A model generated the notes under the pieces. The model did not search any database and was not told the DNA's origin. It saw nothing but the letters and a program-made list of their open reading frames with translations. Positions 47,922 to 57,543 of a stretch of DNA of 64,000 nt are shown in pieces. Origin of the DNA: Diplonema japonicum (taxonomy: Eukaryota; Protista; Euglenozoa: Diplonemea); contig OZ025677.1 in assembly GCA_964019335.1 (NCBI GenBank), forward strand, positions 556,252 to 620,251, in the 5' to 3' direction. Both the position numbers and the translations under genes were made by a program. Numbering within the stretch: the first letter of the stretch is position 1; every line of letters begins with the position of its first letter.

Positions 47922-47967
47922 CTTTGATTGCGATTATTTTGATTAATTCCAACCCAAATTACCAGCC

Positions 47968-48005
47968 CAATAAAGTACAGAAACTGTAGCTTTAGAATCG
48001 TTGGT
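47968..48005 (-). other. Spliced-leader (mini-exon) sequence, 38 nt
   Basis: Minus strand reads ACCAACGATTCTAAAGCTACAGTTTCTGTACTTTATTG. The 3' half CAGTTTCTGTACTTTATTG matches the conserved kinetoplastid/diplonemid SL and the 5' ACCAACGATT is diplonemid-like (from memory). It is not followed by a GT donor. Confidence 0.93.
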
Positions 48006-48312
48006 AAAAAAGAAAAGAGCTCGTCCGTAAAAAAGAATGCAGCCCCGGAAAATGTCGGTGTCTCAGCTTTGCACAAACCATTTCTCAATATAGTTTTAAT
48101 CCGGGCAAGATCTTTTATGAGAAAATCAAAATCGCTCCCTCCACACATTTCCTCTATCTAGGAAAGCCGCAAAATTATAGACTGTAAAACAAAAGAAATA
48201 GTGAGGGCGGGGACTATGCTATAACCCAATGCCTTCTAATACAAGCTTCCCCCCCCTCCCCCTGAATCTACAATCGTTTTTGTCTTTCTTTTTTTTTGTT
48301 GTTTTACAGTAA

Positions 48313-48345
<33 letters not shown>

Positions 48346-48905
48346 GATTGTTCCAATGCTCGAGGTAATGATGTGACTACCGCAAAGAGTGATTTTCTTT
48401 TCTTTTTTCTTTTTTTCTCCCTCCCCTTTCTCTTTTTTTTTTTTTTTCTTCGGAAATATGAAAGTGGGTTGCGGCCCACTCCTTTTGAAGGGTTAATTCT
48501 TTTTTTTTTTATGCGCGATATGCTAAAAAGGGAAAACAGAACGAACAAATTAGGGGTGGTGGTTTATTCATTGCAGTCCTTTATCACCTCCACATTACGA
48601 ATGCATATGTTGCCCTTGAGTTCTATGGTAGCCCCGCAAGAGGAGTCGTAAGGACGATTTATGGTGAAGCTAAAAAAGAGTGGGAAACCATAAATGCAGA
48701 TATGACTGCAAAAGAAAAGAACAAACTGTTTTTTTTTTTTTTTCCCTCCTTCTTTTTCCATTTTTTTTTTGTTTAAGAGTTGCCGCAGTAAGAGCACCTA
48801 AAAGAAACAGTGAGGGGAGGGGGGGGGGGGGGGGGAGAAACATACACTTTCCCCCCCTTTTGTTTTTTTTTTCTTCTTTTGACTGCGGTATTTAATTGCC
48901 ATACA

Positions 48906-48930
48906 ATATATGAGTTAAAGGAAGTCTTTG
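48906..48930 (-). repeat. 25-nt 3' stub of LINE family 1
   Basis: atatatgagttaaaggaagtctttg, identical to 42056-42080, followed by an A-run. Confidence 0.8.
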
Positions 48931-50069
48931 AAAAAGTCACGCTTTGCATTTCCTTTCCACAACTTTACTTTTCTTTCCCTTTACAATGGCTTTTCTCTCT
49001 CTCTCCCTCTCTCTCTCCCTGGCAGCAGCTAAGGTGCGATTTCTAAGGCGCACAATCTTAGAAGGAAGAAGAATGAAAATAGCGGGAATTCCTTCTTTTT
49101 TTTTTTGTCAGTAGATTTTCTTTCCCCCCCCCCCCCCCCCACTCCGACACTATTCGGGCACGTTAAGTGGAATAGGCCAACAGCTGCATGCCCGGCCCAA
49201 TCGGTTCTTTTTCTATCGCTGAACAACCAACGAGAAATCTTTAAGCCAAAGAACCGGAACAAAAAAAAAAAAAGAAAGAAAAAAAAAGAGGAAAAATAAA
49301 TGAATAGCGAGAGGTCTCTGCCTCCATTAAAAACTTCTGTGCCTGCTTTGGCTTGAAGATAGAAGAAGAAAAAAAAAAAAAAAAAAAAAAAAAAACAAAG
49401 AAGAAACCCGAGTGATCAGCCTCAAGGGGGGGATCTTAAGTCTTCCCTCCCCCCTTTTTTAAAATTAGATTTTTTTTTTCTTTTTTCTTTTGATTATAAA
49501 ACACTCTAAACCCGAAAAAAGAAATAGAAAAACAAACCCCAATCGAAAAGGTGTGTATGAACTGCATCCCCCTTTCCCGCTCCCCCCCCCCCCCCTCCCT
49601 GCAAGAAGAAATAAAAAAGAATAGACAGAAGGGTGCTTACTTTACACTTTCATTTGTGTTTGATGACATACCCCCCCCCCCCCCCCCCCCCCAGGAATCT
49701 ATATCAAGGTTAGAAATTCCATTTTTCACTGAAGTTGACCAGCCGTGTTTAGTAATGAAAATAACGCAGGTTTTTTTTAGAATATTTCCCTGCACTTATT
49801 ATTCGCGGGTTTCCAGTTCTGCATGGCGGCATCGAACCATGAAACTGCAAAAAAAAAAAAAAAAAAAGGAAAGGCCAAACCGTTAGTTTTTATTTGGAGC
49901 TTTGTTTCTTCGTTTCCTTTTCTCTCCCCCCCCCCCCCCCCGGCTTTGAGTCAACCCCCCCTACCCGCCTAATCCCCCCGGCTACCTTTTTTTTTTAAAA
50001 AAGAAATATTGTCATCCCACCCCCCCAAACCCCCTCCCTTCCCTTTTTTTTTTTGGTTCCCCCCCCTCT

Positions 50070-51191
50070 TCAATCGCTTTCTTTTGGAATGGATGCCAAC
50101 AGAGCAGATAATCTTTTACAATTTGTATCAACAACAGGTTGCTCTTCAGGCGTTGACCGGTCGGACGCAGGTATGTTCAGTAAAGGTGCCCCAGCGGGTT
50201 TACGGCTGACCGGGACACGCTGCAGGTCCTTGATGGTGTTAAGCCCGCTTGTAGCTTTCAGATCAGGGAGGTTGTGAAGGATCTCACTGTTGTTGGATTG
50301 CAGGATGGCAATGTTGATCTTGTTAGAGCGCTGATCCCCTCCCTCGTGGAAGGGGATGCAGTAAAGATCGATATCGTCGGGCTTGAGCATGGCACGTGCC
50401 AGGGCGAGACTCTTAATGGCGGTGTTCAACAAGGGTGACGATGAGCCAGGCAACAGCATCCCAATGATGGACTCCGACCCGGCAGTGCGAAGCATCTTGG
50501 CTAGGCTGCCTGCAACCTTTGCCACCTGCGACCCTTCCAGAACCTTCCGGGTTGACGTGAATGTAATATTTTTACAAACAGGTTTCAGCGTGCCCGACAC
50601 ATGGTACGCTATGAACCGAAGCCCAGGGTGGTCAGGCAACACCCCACCATCCTTCCCCACCCCTGAAGGGGTCGAGATTGATTCTATCCGCACCATGAAG
50701 TATTGAGAAACCTGTATGAGGAACAGCCGGGCGAGGGCGAGGCTCAACACTGCAGTTGCAACGGAGTCTGCTCCCATGGCTTCGATAGTGACTTTCTTCG
50801 ATGACCTCAGACGTTTTGTGATGGCTCCTGCGAGGCCTGTTGTCTTGGTCTTCCCGGAGACGCGGAGGGGCTCAGTGTCTATGTGTGGTTGCCGTTGTTG
50901 CTGTTGCTGCGGTGTCGCTTGTTGTTGTGGCTGCTGTTGTTGCTGTTGTTGTTGTTGTTGTTGTTGTTGCTGTTGTGGTTGTGGCTGTTGTTGCGGTGCG
51001 ACAGGTGTCGTCGCTGTCACCATGGTCGGCTGCTGGATCAAAACCTGCTGCATTGGTATCTGAGCCACCAGCCCACCCCCCATCTGCGGTACTGCGTACA
51101 TCATTGTTGCAGGTACTAAATAAGAGCCACCTACTTGGCCGACCTGCCCCACCTGATTCACGAGCTGAGTCTGAAGGTACCCAGGCTGCAT
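50070..51191 (-). CDS. Protein with Q-rich N-terminus and two tandem SpoVS-like (Alba-fold) domains
   Basis: LRVSGKTKTTGLAGAI...IEAMGADSVATAVLSLALAR and KVAGSLAKMLR...LNTAIKSLALARAMLKPDDIDLYCIP resemble bacterial SpoVS (LKVS...VAGALA...IQAIGAGALNQAVKAVAIAR...DLICIP). Confidence 0.8.
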   Translation of the reverse strand: MQPGYLQTQLVNQVGQVGQVGGSYLVPATMMYAVPQMGGGLVAQIPMQQVLIQQPTMVTATTPVAPQQQPQPQQQQQQQQQQQQQQQPQQQATPQQQQQRQPHIDTEPLRVSGKTKTTGLAGAITKRLRSSKKVTIEAMGADSVATAVLSLALARLFLIQVSQYFMVRIESISTPSGVGKDGGVLPDHPGLRFIAYHVSGTLKPVCKNITFTSTRKVLEGSQVAKVAGSLAKMLRTAGSESIIGMLLPGSSSPLLNTAIKSLALARAMLKPDDIDLYCIPFHEGGDQRSNKINIAILQSNNSEILHNLPDLKATSGLNTIKDLQRVPVSRKPAGAPLLNIPASDRSTPEEQPVVDTNCKRLSALLASIPKESD

Positions 51192-51343
51192 GGGGAGAAT
51201 ATTTTTTTTCTTCTTCTTTTTTTTTCGTTCCCCTCCCTCCCCCTCCCCTCCCCCTTTCTTTTTTTTTTTTTTATATTTAGTTTCTTGAGAAAAAAAAAGG
51301 GGGGAAAGGTAATATCTACTAAAATAAAGTCTATTTATCTACC

Positions 51344-53965
51344 TCAATGGTGGTCCCGGTCCAGAATCACCTGCAACCTGTCGAGGACGTCGGTCTTGTG
51401 CTCGTGGAGGGTTTTTTGGTACGCCTGGGGTTTTTGCGATTTGAAGCTTCCCCGTCCGGTCTGGCCGGACCGCGAGCGGTGTTTTAAAATGGTTGGCCTG
51501 AACGTGCACTCCGGGTCAGTGGCCTGGTTGAAGGCACTCACAGCGAATTGCTTTCTTTTGGAACGCTCGGATGCATCCTCAAAGAGCTTCTGATGAAGGT
51601 TATGAGGTGCTTTAACATCCGCAGGCTGAGGCGGGGCGTACAGCTCCCTAGACAGAATCTTCTTCGGGTGGAACGGTCCATGCATGCCCGCTCCCACTTC
51701 CACCACATCGTCCAAGGACACTTCTTCGCTATCAGCACATATAACACGTTTCGTCAGTAAAGCATCAATCAGCATCCGCCCGTAACCATCTGCCTTCAAT
51801 CGTGACAACATCACCTTTTTCGAACCGCAGTGTGTCTCCATGCCTGTTAGATATTCATCGATTTCCCTCCGTCTCCTCTCCGCCGCCATGACTTTGGAAT
51901 TGTCGGAAACAACAGGAATGGGCTTGGCGGCAACCTGTTGCAGTGTGTTTTGCCGGATTCGTTCCTTTTCGGCTGCGTGGGTGGAGGCTGTGTTGAGAAC
52001 ATTGGCGGTGGATGGAGGATGGCATGTTGTGGTAGCTTGCTTGCGGATCTCGTCTCGTATCTCCCCGCGTACTGCCTCCAACATTTCACGCTGTCCTACA
52101 TACGAGTACGACAGCCTGTCCAGCCAAGCTGTGGTGTCCTCCGAGTTTACGTTCACAACCTTTGAGACGAACCTTTGTGCTGTGGTGGCGCGTAGTTGCA
52201 AAGCTTGTGCGGATCTGATTTGCTTCGAAGCCGCGTCAGTGTGCAGCCTTTCGAACGCTTCAGACGATGCGCCCCCCTTGCCTTCGTTGATACGTGGTGT
52301 GAATGTGCATTGGAGTATCTCCTTGTCCTCTGTTGGCATCGGGGGTTGTTTTCTGTACTGTCGTTCCTTGCTCAGTGCTCTTGACCTTTTCGACATTGAT
52401 TTCGCGTAGTCGGATATCGCCGGGACTTGTGTGTTGGCCTCCATCTCCCTCCTCCTGCTGATGACGCGTTGTGCTGCTGACCATTCGTCTTTTAGTAGGT
52501 TCATTTCGAGGCCTTCCTCGTAAAGCCGTTTGCAGTGTTTCACTGTCGTCTTCGACCGCTTCCCGATAAGGTCCATCTCGGCACGCTTCGCAGGTGCTGA
52601 CCTTCCCCTTCCCCGTCTGAACTCCCGGCGTCTCGCTTTTTTCTGCTGCTCGCGGTGGGCTTCAAGGTTCTTCCACACCTTCTCTTCCGTTTCTGTCATT
52701 TTGGGTACTTTTACTGATGTGACGTCCATCGCCATTATGGGCATGCCAGGCGTTCCACTACGTCCTCTGGAACTCTTTCTTTTCTCGTTGTTCTTCATCG
52801 CTTGCATGAACCTGTCCTTGTTCTCCAGCCTGCGCTGATGTCTTTCTTCTCTTTCCAGTTCTAGTGAGGCTTCCAGGTACTGTAGTCGCTCGTCCTCGCG
52901 TTGCTTCTTCAGCTTCACGGCGTGTGTCTGTGCTTTGCCCAGCGACGTGTAGTGTGTGCGCTGCTCTTTCGCAAGCATCTTGGTCAGCATGGCCAGGTCG
53001 CTCTTGTGGGTTGTGTTGATGTGCTTCATTGTCCGCTTGCACTGCTGGATGCTGCGCAGTTCCTCTTCGTTCTCCTCGTCGTCCTCGTCGCATGTGTCGT
53101 CTGCACTGTCAGCGCCCTCCCCCTGTGCCTTCACCTCCGTCACGAGATCGTGCGACACCACTGGCCACCTCCCAGAGTGTGAAGACCCTGTCGTCAGGAC
53201 TGCGTCCTGCCCCTCGTCGTCTGCCTCCTGCACAGGTGCGGGAGCCACCACGGGCACCCCCACAGCAGGCATTGTTGTGGACAATGACACGGACGGTGCA
53301 TCCGTGTCGGAGCCTGTGTCGATGTCGGTGTCTGTCTGCCCTTTGGTGTCACTGGCTATGCACACAAGCTGAAGCGACTCCGACTCTTGGAGCGAAAGGG
53401 ATTCCCTCGTAGTGGTGGTGGTGGTGGTGGTGGGTGTGCTGTGCGCGGGTACTACTGACTGTTCTGTGTTTGTCCCAAGTTGGATAGACTCACCGGACTT
53501 GCTTCGTGTAGGGTCAACTGGGTCAGCTGTGGGCTCGACCGATGGAGTGACCGATGGGGTGTCAGCGACGCTTGCAAGCTGCAGCGAGTCAGACTCAACG
53601 GACAGAATGGAGCTGGCCACACTCCGCACAGGCAGCGCGGGGGGCTCCCATGGTGGGAGCGGCTCGGGTGAAGGACTGGACGTGCCTGACATGACGACAC
53701 CTTGGCTGCCGTGGCTAGAACGCCGCGAGAGGTACGAACGGAGGGACTCACCTTCCCCAATGCTGTGCTCCGTCGTCTTGCTTGACATGGAAAAGGCTGC
53801 GATTTGCTTGGAGCTTGTTTTACTTGTTTTGCTGCTTCTGCTGCTTTTACTTCGACTACTCTTGCTGCGCCCACCTGACGTCCCCTTAGAACTGCTCTCT
53901 ACTTCAACAAGATTCACGCTTGACGTGGCACTGCTGCTGCTCGTTCTGCTGCTCCCCGACAGCAT
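51344..53965 (-). CDS. Hypothetical protein (873 aa): S/T-rich N-terminus, coiled coil, CTFxP motifs
   Basis: Long ORF; QCTFTPRIN and ECTFRPTI repeats with FERLH-type motifs, as seen in protist cytoskeleton-associated proteins (inference). Confidence 0.8.
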   Translation of the reverse strand: MLSGSSRTSSSSATSSVNLVEVESSSKGTSGGRSKSSRSKSSRSSKTSKTSSKQIAAFSMSSKTTEHSIGEGESLRSYLSRRSSHGSQGVVMSGTSSPSPEPLPPWEPPALPVRSVASSILSVESDSLQLASVADTPSVTPSVEPTADPVDPTRSKSGESIQLGTNTEQSVVPAHSTPTTTTTTTTRESLSLQESESLQLVCIASDTKGQTDTDIDTGSDTDAPSVSLSTTMPAVGVPVVAPAPVQEADDEGQDAVLTTGSSHSGRWPVVSHDLVTEVKAQGEGADSADDTCDEDDEENEEELRSIQQCKRTMKHINTTHKSDLAMLTKMLAKEQRTHYTSLGKAQTHAVKLKKQREDERLQYLEASLELEREERHQRRLENKDRFMQAMKNNEKRKSSRGRSGTPGMPIMAMDVTSVKVPKMTETEEKVWKNLEAHREQQKKARRREFRRGRGRSAPAKRAEMDLIGKRSKTTVKHCKRLYEEGLEMNLLKDEWSAAQRVISRRREMEANTQVPAISDYAKSMSKRSRALSKERQYRKQPPMPTEDKEILQCTFTPRINEGKGGASSEAFERLHTDAASKQIRSAQALQLRATTAQRFVSKVVNVNSEDTTAWLDRLSYSYVGQREMLEAVRGEIRDEIRKQATTTCHPPSTANVLNTASTHAAEKERIRQNTLQQVAAKPIPVVSDNSKVMAAERRRREIDEYLTGMETHCGSKKVMLSRLKADGYGRMLIDALLTKRVICADSEEVSLDDVVEVGAGMHGPFHPKKILSRELYAPPQPADVKAPHNLHQKLFEDASERSKRKQFAVSAFNQATDPECTFRPTILKHRSRSGQTGRGSFKSQKPQAYQKTLHEHKTDVLDRLQVILDRDHH

Positions 53966-54123
53966 CGCGTGGCGTGGCCCGCGTCCCTGTCCCTAGGTGT
54001 AGTACAGTGATTGTAAAAAAAAAAAGAGTGTTACAAAAGAATATAATGTGAAACTGAACAGAATGTTTTTTTAGGAAAAGAAATGTGTAAAATTAATGGG
54101 TGTTCAGAAAAAAAAAACCTTTC

Positions 54124-54399
54124 TTAATTTTTAGACCTCTTCCTCGTTGGCCTTTTCCTTGTGCTATTGGGGTTCCTGAACGCTTCCGAAAAGCGGGGCA
54201 TCACCATTATCACAATGCCCAGCACGATGAACACAATCGTCATTGCTTTCATTACCCAACTTGAACGGCTGATCGGGGGCTGCACTGCCGTTATTTCAAC
54301 TATAGTTCCCAAGTGGCCTTCTACGACTTCAGTATTGTCTATCATTCTGTCTGTGGATGACTCCCTCTTTGCAAGGATGCCCCCCGATCCCCCTGTCAT
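54124..54399 (-). CDS. Small single-pass membrane protein (91 aa)
   Basis: ATG at 54399; TM segment AMTIVFIVLGIVIMVM with a basic tail; coding-like island between homopolymer tracts. Confidence 0.6.
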   Translation of the reverse strand: MTGGSGGILAKRESSTDRMIDNTEVVEGHLGTIVEITAVQPPISRSSWVMKAMTIVFIVLGIVIMVMPRFSEAFRNPNSTRKRPTRKRSKN

Positions 54400-54550
54400 T
54401 TTCTTTTTCTTTTTTTTTTGCAAACCTTTTTATTTATTTTGATAATTTTAGGGGGGGGAAGGAAAAAAAAGATTTTCCCATACCGTTCTAAAAAAAAAAA
54501 AAAAAAAAGAAAAAGAAAAAAAAAAAGAAAAGAAACTTCCTCTTCAGGAG

Positions 54551-54581
<31 letters not shown>

Positions 54582-55259
54582 GTTTATTTCCCTTCGTCAT
54601 GTTCGGGGGACTTATTATTTAACGCTGATCGCCAATTATTTAACGCGAAACGCCCATTATTTATCTAGTTAAATAATGTGATTTTGGAGTAAAATATTGG
54701 CGCTTCAGAGTGAAAAAATGAGCCGGGGTATATTGACTATTTTTAGCCATCTGAGGCCATTCCGGCCCTTAAAAGTGGGAAGAAGTGCTTTACTCCCCTT
54801 TAAAATGCCACGGGAAAAGCAAAAGAAACAAGAAAACTGGGGTGGGGGGTCGCCACCAAAAATAAAAGGGCGAAAAAAAAAAAGAAGAAGAAGAAAAAAA
54901 AAAAAACACCCAATAGCCTTTATTGCTGGCGCTATTTTGTGTGTTCCCCCCCCTTTTTTTTTAAACAAAAACAATGGCAAAGAAACCTCAAAAAAAAAAG
55001 GATTTAAGAGAAAATAGATTCATCAGAAGCAATAAGCGAACAGGTTCAGGAGGAGGGGGGAGTGTATAGGCGAAAGACGTAAAAGAGAATTTCAACATAG
55101 TTGACATTTTGCGGAGGGGGGGGGGGGGGGGGGGGATGAAGGAGTGGGTGTGAACGTGTATTTTCCCCCCCCCCCCCGAAAAAAAAAGAATCTAAAGCAG
55201 CTTTGAATTCGCGCCAGCGTTCTTTTTTTTTAAAAATTTCTTTTTATTTTCTTTTCATT

Positions 55260-56396
55260 TTAAGCCTCTTTCAAAGGCTGATACAGCCTACCCCTATAAC
55301 AACCAAGGTAATAAGGCCCGTTCCCAGTGGACGGTCCCATGACGGTGTTGCAAATTTTCGTTCCTTCCAAGGAGAGCAGGGTAACCTTGATATTTAACGC
55401 TCGACACAACGCAAGCAGCACCCTGCGGTCCCCTGGCTGGCCAAGCGTCTTGATTTGGTACAAGTACGTCCCAAAGTCTTCATGAACATGTTTGTACATC
55501 CGATCATTGGAGTGCATCTCATCGCAAGCTCTGTTTCGCAATCCCTGAATGGTGTCGGGTAAGGTAACACCGTAGACCAACGAGCTGATCGCCCGGAAAA
55601 GTGTGTGTTCGTCTTCAGGCAACAACATTAGATTCAAACCGAATTTCTTCGTTTCCCGTTTGAGAAACTCGTACCCTGTAATGGTGGGCGAGCCGACTTT
55701 GATAATTGTTGGGTTCAACGCGTCGATTTTAAAACCGGGGATTCCTGATATATTACGTACTTCACCTAGCTCCGCGGCGGCCATATAGTGCATTTCTTGT
55801 ACGTAAGCAAGATATACTGTTCTTTCGGGTTTGTCAGAAGTGCAGATTTCATGAACACGAATGGTCTCTTCAGGTGGGTTGGGAGCAGCGATTACGAATA
55901 TTTGAAGGTGGAGTGTATTTGCGAGTGCTTGTAGGGTGAGGTGGTCGCCCCACGTGTAGGATCTTGCCATGGAGTCGCAGTACTCTTCATATGTAACGTT
56001 CTCAACGCAGTGTTTGTACATGTTCTTGAAAGATCGAAGCTCAGCTACGGCTTGTGCTCTTATCTGGTCTTTCTTTTCCATGGTTCCGTGGAGGAGGACG
56101 CTTATGCTTGAGAACTGGCAGTCCCCGTCTCCTGGAACATCAATACCCACAAACCCATACTGTTTCAGCACTACTTTCATTCGATCGAGTTGGAAGCTGT
56201 ATCCGTCCTCCGGTCTCATTAAAGGTGGAACAGCGGGTCGGGTCGGTCGGGCGGGTGGTGTTGTTGTAGTTGTTGTTGTTGTTGTTGTTGAAGTTGCAGC
56301 TTCCTCCGGCTTTTCAAGTTCTCCATTCTCGAACTCCTCCAGAGCCCTTAGGAAAAACTCTGCTTCACTGCAACGTGTTTCGGCCACTTCTGTCAT
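55260..56396 (-). CDS. OTU-family deubiquitinase-like protein with a second degenerate OTU repeat
   Basis: VPGDGDCQFSSI, WGDHLTL and MHY in repeat 1; LPEDEHTLFRAI, PGDRRVL and RLYQPL in repeat 2. Confidence 0.85.
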   Translation of the reverse strand: MTEVAETRCSEAEFFLRALEEFENGELEKPEEAATSTTTTTTTTTTPPARPTRPAVPPLMRPEDGYSFQLDRMKVVLKQYGFVGIDVPGDGDCQFSSISVLLHGTMEKKDQIRAQAVAELRSFKNMYKHCVENVTYEEYCDSMARSYTWGDHLTLQALANTLHLQIFVIAAPNPPEETIRVHEICTSDKPERTVYLAYVQEMHYMAAAELGEVRNISGIPGFKIDALNPTIIKVGSPTITGYEFLKRETKKFGLNLMLLPEDEHTLFRAISSLVYGVTLPDTIQGLRNRACDEMHSNDRMYKHVHEDFGTYLYQIKTLGQPGDRRVLLALCRALNIKVTLLSLEGTKICNTVMGPSTGNGPYYLGCYRGRLYQPLKEA

Positions 56397-57016
56397 ATTT
56401 TCTTTGAAAAAAAAAAGTTTTTTTTTTTGAGAATAAAAAAGAGAGGGAAAAAAAAAAGGAAAAAAAAAAGAGCTAGAAAATATATAAAAGGGAATTCAAT
56501 CACTATGATGGGGGAGAGGGGAGGGGGGAGAAAGCAAAAAATCGAAGTTCTTTTTAAAACGACGACCCCCCCCCCCCCCCCCCCTTCAACCCCACCCATC
56601 AAAGAAAAAAAAAGGGGATGGGGGAAAAGGGGAATGGGAAAAAAAAAATTAAATAAAAAGAGGGAGGGAAGCAATATGTTTTTTTTTTAAAAAAAGGGGG
56701 GGAGGGGGAAAGGTACGTTCGTCATCCTGTGCAGAAATTCGCCTCGGATATATTATTGATTTCTTTGCAACAAGATTTTCTTTTTTTTTTTTCTTATTGA
56801 AGTACAAGACCAACTCCCCTTTTTTCTTTAAAAAAAAAGAAAAGAAATTGTTTTGGTGTTTTCCCCCGTTTTCCCCACCAATTAAAGACGGGGGGGGGGG
56901 AGAAAAAAGGCGATGTTAAGGGGTCCCACATGAGGACCACCCTCGCAAAAAAAAAAAGGGAAAATAACAGGGTGTTGCAATAAGCACCAGGGGAGCTTCA
57001 GTCACCTGTTAGAATG

Positions 57017-57049
<33 letters not shown>

Positions 57050-57493
57050 CTTTTGAAATTTCACTTTCTCCGCTCGTTTATTTCTTTCCCTCTTCTTAAG
57101 CGCTAGGTAAACAAAACCGGTGGGTGCAAACTTAGCGTTTCTCCACATAGGTCGGAGCCCCCAGCCTTTTTAGTTAAACGAGAGAAACGAGCAGCAATGC
57201 AATTAAAAATACAAGGGGGGGTTTTTTTTGTTCCATTGAAAGAAGTGAAATCGTGAAAGAGAAAAAAGAGAAAAAAAAAAAGAAAAGAAAGTATGAAGGA
57301 ATTGGAAAGTCTTTTTTCAAAGAAATTCTTTTTTTTTTTTTTTTTTTTTTTTTGCGCCTTGTTGGGGTGGTGTTTGCGGTTCTTTTTTTTTTTTTTCCTT
57401 TTAACAATAAGGCGTTTCTTCACTGTGTCCAAGCAACCAGCCAGCGCTGGAATGTATGACATGTTCAAAAAGATACAGAAAAATATAATCATT

Positions 57494-57543
<50 letters not shown>

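Larger units (their letters stand above)
42056..48005 (-). mobile_element. Near full-length APE-type non-LTR retrotransposon (LINE family 1) with a 5' spliced leader
   Basis: Order: SL, 46-nt 5' UTR, ORF1, ORF2 (2A-like, APE, RT, CCHC), ~50-nt 3' UTR; A5-6 on + at both junctions. Confidence 0.95.

Noticed and set aside
42106-47952. Single 1948-aa protein starting at TTG 47952
   Set aside because: Non-ATG start inside the 5' UTR; the first ~585 codons look like the off-frame shadow of ORF1. Kept only as a frameshift possibility.
47968-48005. SL-RNA gene
   Set aside because: The exon is followed by GGCTGG rather than a GT donor and SL intron, lacks the first base, and is not in a tandem array.
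48182-48309. Additional CTGTAAAAC-ended MITE
   Set aside because: The inverted match is short and the left flank lacks TA; not enough support.
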